Positions 63,443 through 64,000 of a stretch of 64,000 nucleotides of DNA are shown here, piece by piece. The DNA is from a virus. Where the stretch lies: positions 10,179-74,178 of IMG/VR virus record IMGVR_UViG_3300040781_000091; one strand, given 5' to 3'. Both the position numbers and the translations under genes were made by a program. The notes under the pieces are model-generated. The model did not search any database. It was not told the origin of the DNA and was given only the letters and a program-made list of their open reading frames with translations. Each line of letters starts with the position of its first letter. Position 1 is the stretch's first letter.

Positions 63443-63945
63443 TACTGAAACAACGACGCCACGTCTAATGTATCTGGTATTTTGTTTTTCTCTTTCACAA
63501 ATAATGCACACTTGGGCTCAGAGCCCTCCTCGAGAGGAACAACTAATAACGTACCGTGTCTCAGTTTCGGAAAGAACCACTTTACTTCTGCATATACATT
63601 TACAATATTTACTTCTGCAGGATGCGTTACCATATGCTTTAGTGGATTGTAAACTACTGTATGAAATCCGCGATCATTTAATGCTGTTAAAGGAATAATT
63701 TCGATATCTGTAAAATCTTCGTCACACGCAACTAACGACCAGTCGAGCGGCATCTGCACTTTGTATTCTCCGATTTGCAATACAATTGCAGGGGCATAAA
63801 ATGACTCAAGAAAGATTAACGGAATAAAATAATAATCCATGTTGTTTTGGTCGGTTGTATCAAACACACAGTATCTAATGTCCTCAACCTCTTCCGGTAT
63901 ACGATTTAGATCGTATGGGCGGTTTTCGTTTGTCAAAATTAACAT
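63442..63945 (-). CDS. Conserved-looking hypothetical protein
   Basis: 167 aa, beta-rich; TAATG overlap with the next gene. Confidence 0.7.
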   Translation of the reverse strand: MLILTNENRPYDLNRIPEEVEDIRYCVFDTTDQNNMDYYFIPLIFLESFYAPAIVLQIGEYKVQMPLDWSLVACDEDFTDIEIIPLTALNDRGFHTVVYNPLKHMVTHPAEVNIVNVYAEVKWFFPKLRHGTLLVVPLEEGSEPKCALFVKEKNKIPDTLDVASLFQ

Positions 63946-64000
63946 CTATTATACTCCGTCTATGTTTATCATGCTTGTAGCTGCTGTCTCTCTTGACAAC

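Noticed and set aside
1-64000. Alternative genetic code (stop-codon reassignment)
   Set aside because: Conserved genes are full length under the standard code, and TAA, TAG and TGA all terminate genes
1-64000. tRNA, tmRNA or rRNA genes
   Set aside because: Intergenic gaps are short and I saw no cloverleaf or T-loop signatures; tRNAscan-SE would confirm

Overview
The window is a 64-kb, gene-dense segment of a large (jumbo-type) T4-related dsDNA phage, with almost all genes on the minus strand and standard genetic code. The host is probably Gram-negative (Skp/OmpH, GH108 lysin, consensus sigma70 promoters). Left part (1-31 kb): host-like auxiliary genes, namely RtcB, MazG-like, Skp, Pth2-like, ClpP, ExoX, DNA ligase, FtsH, sulfotransferase, SOD, ClpX-bS21-Hsp20-ClpS, FolE/QueD, ThyA, SleB-like hydrolase and NrdAB. 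Middle (31.7-50.7 kb): virion/prohead proteins and a cluster of modular fibre proteins. 50.8-57.4 kb: a late operon whose proteins share a short N-terminal leader. Right end: replication genes (gp41-like helicase, primase, a 195-aa minimal DnaE-like polymerase, DHFR, clamp-loader-like subunit). The strongest novelty candidates are: (1) about 13 proteins carrying a T4-IP-like capsid-targeting leader, among them a clustered RelE-like RNase, pol-beta nucleotidyltransferase and ATP-dependent ligase (a putative virion-delivered RNA-processing module); (2) the minimal C-family polymerase; (3) fibre proteins with a repeated domain arrangement suggesting head-to-tail chaining; (4) a phage proteostasis set with altered substrate-recognition residues; (5) recurrent leaderless promoter-ATG spacing in a bS21-encoding phage; (6) a ROSE-like thermometer before hsp20. 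All family calls come from motif recognition by eye; no database search was run.
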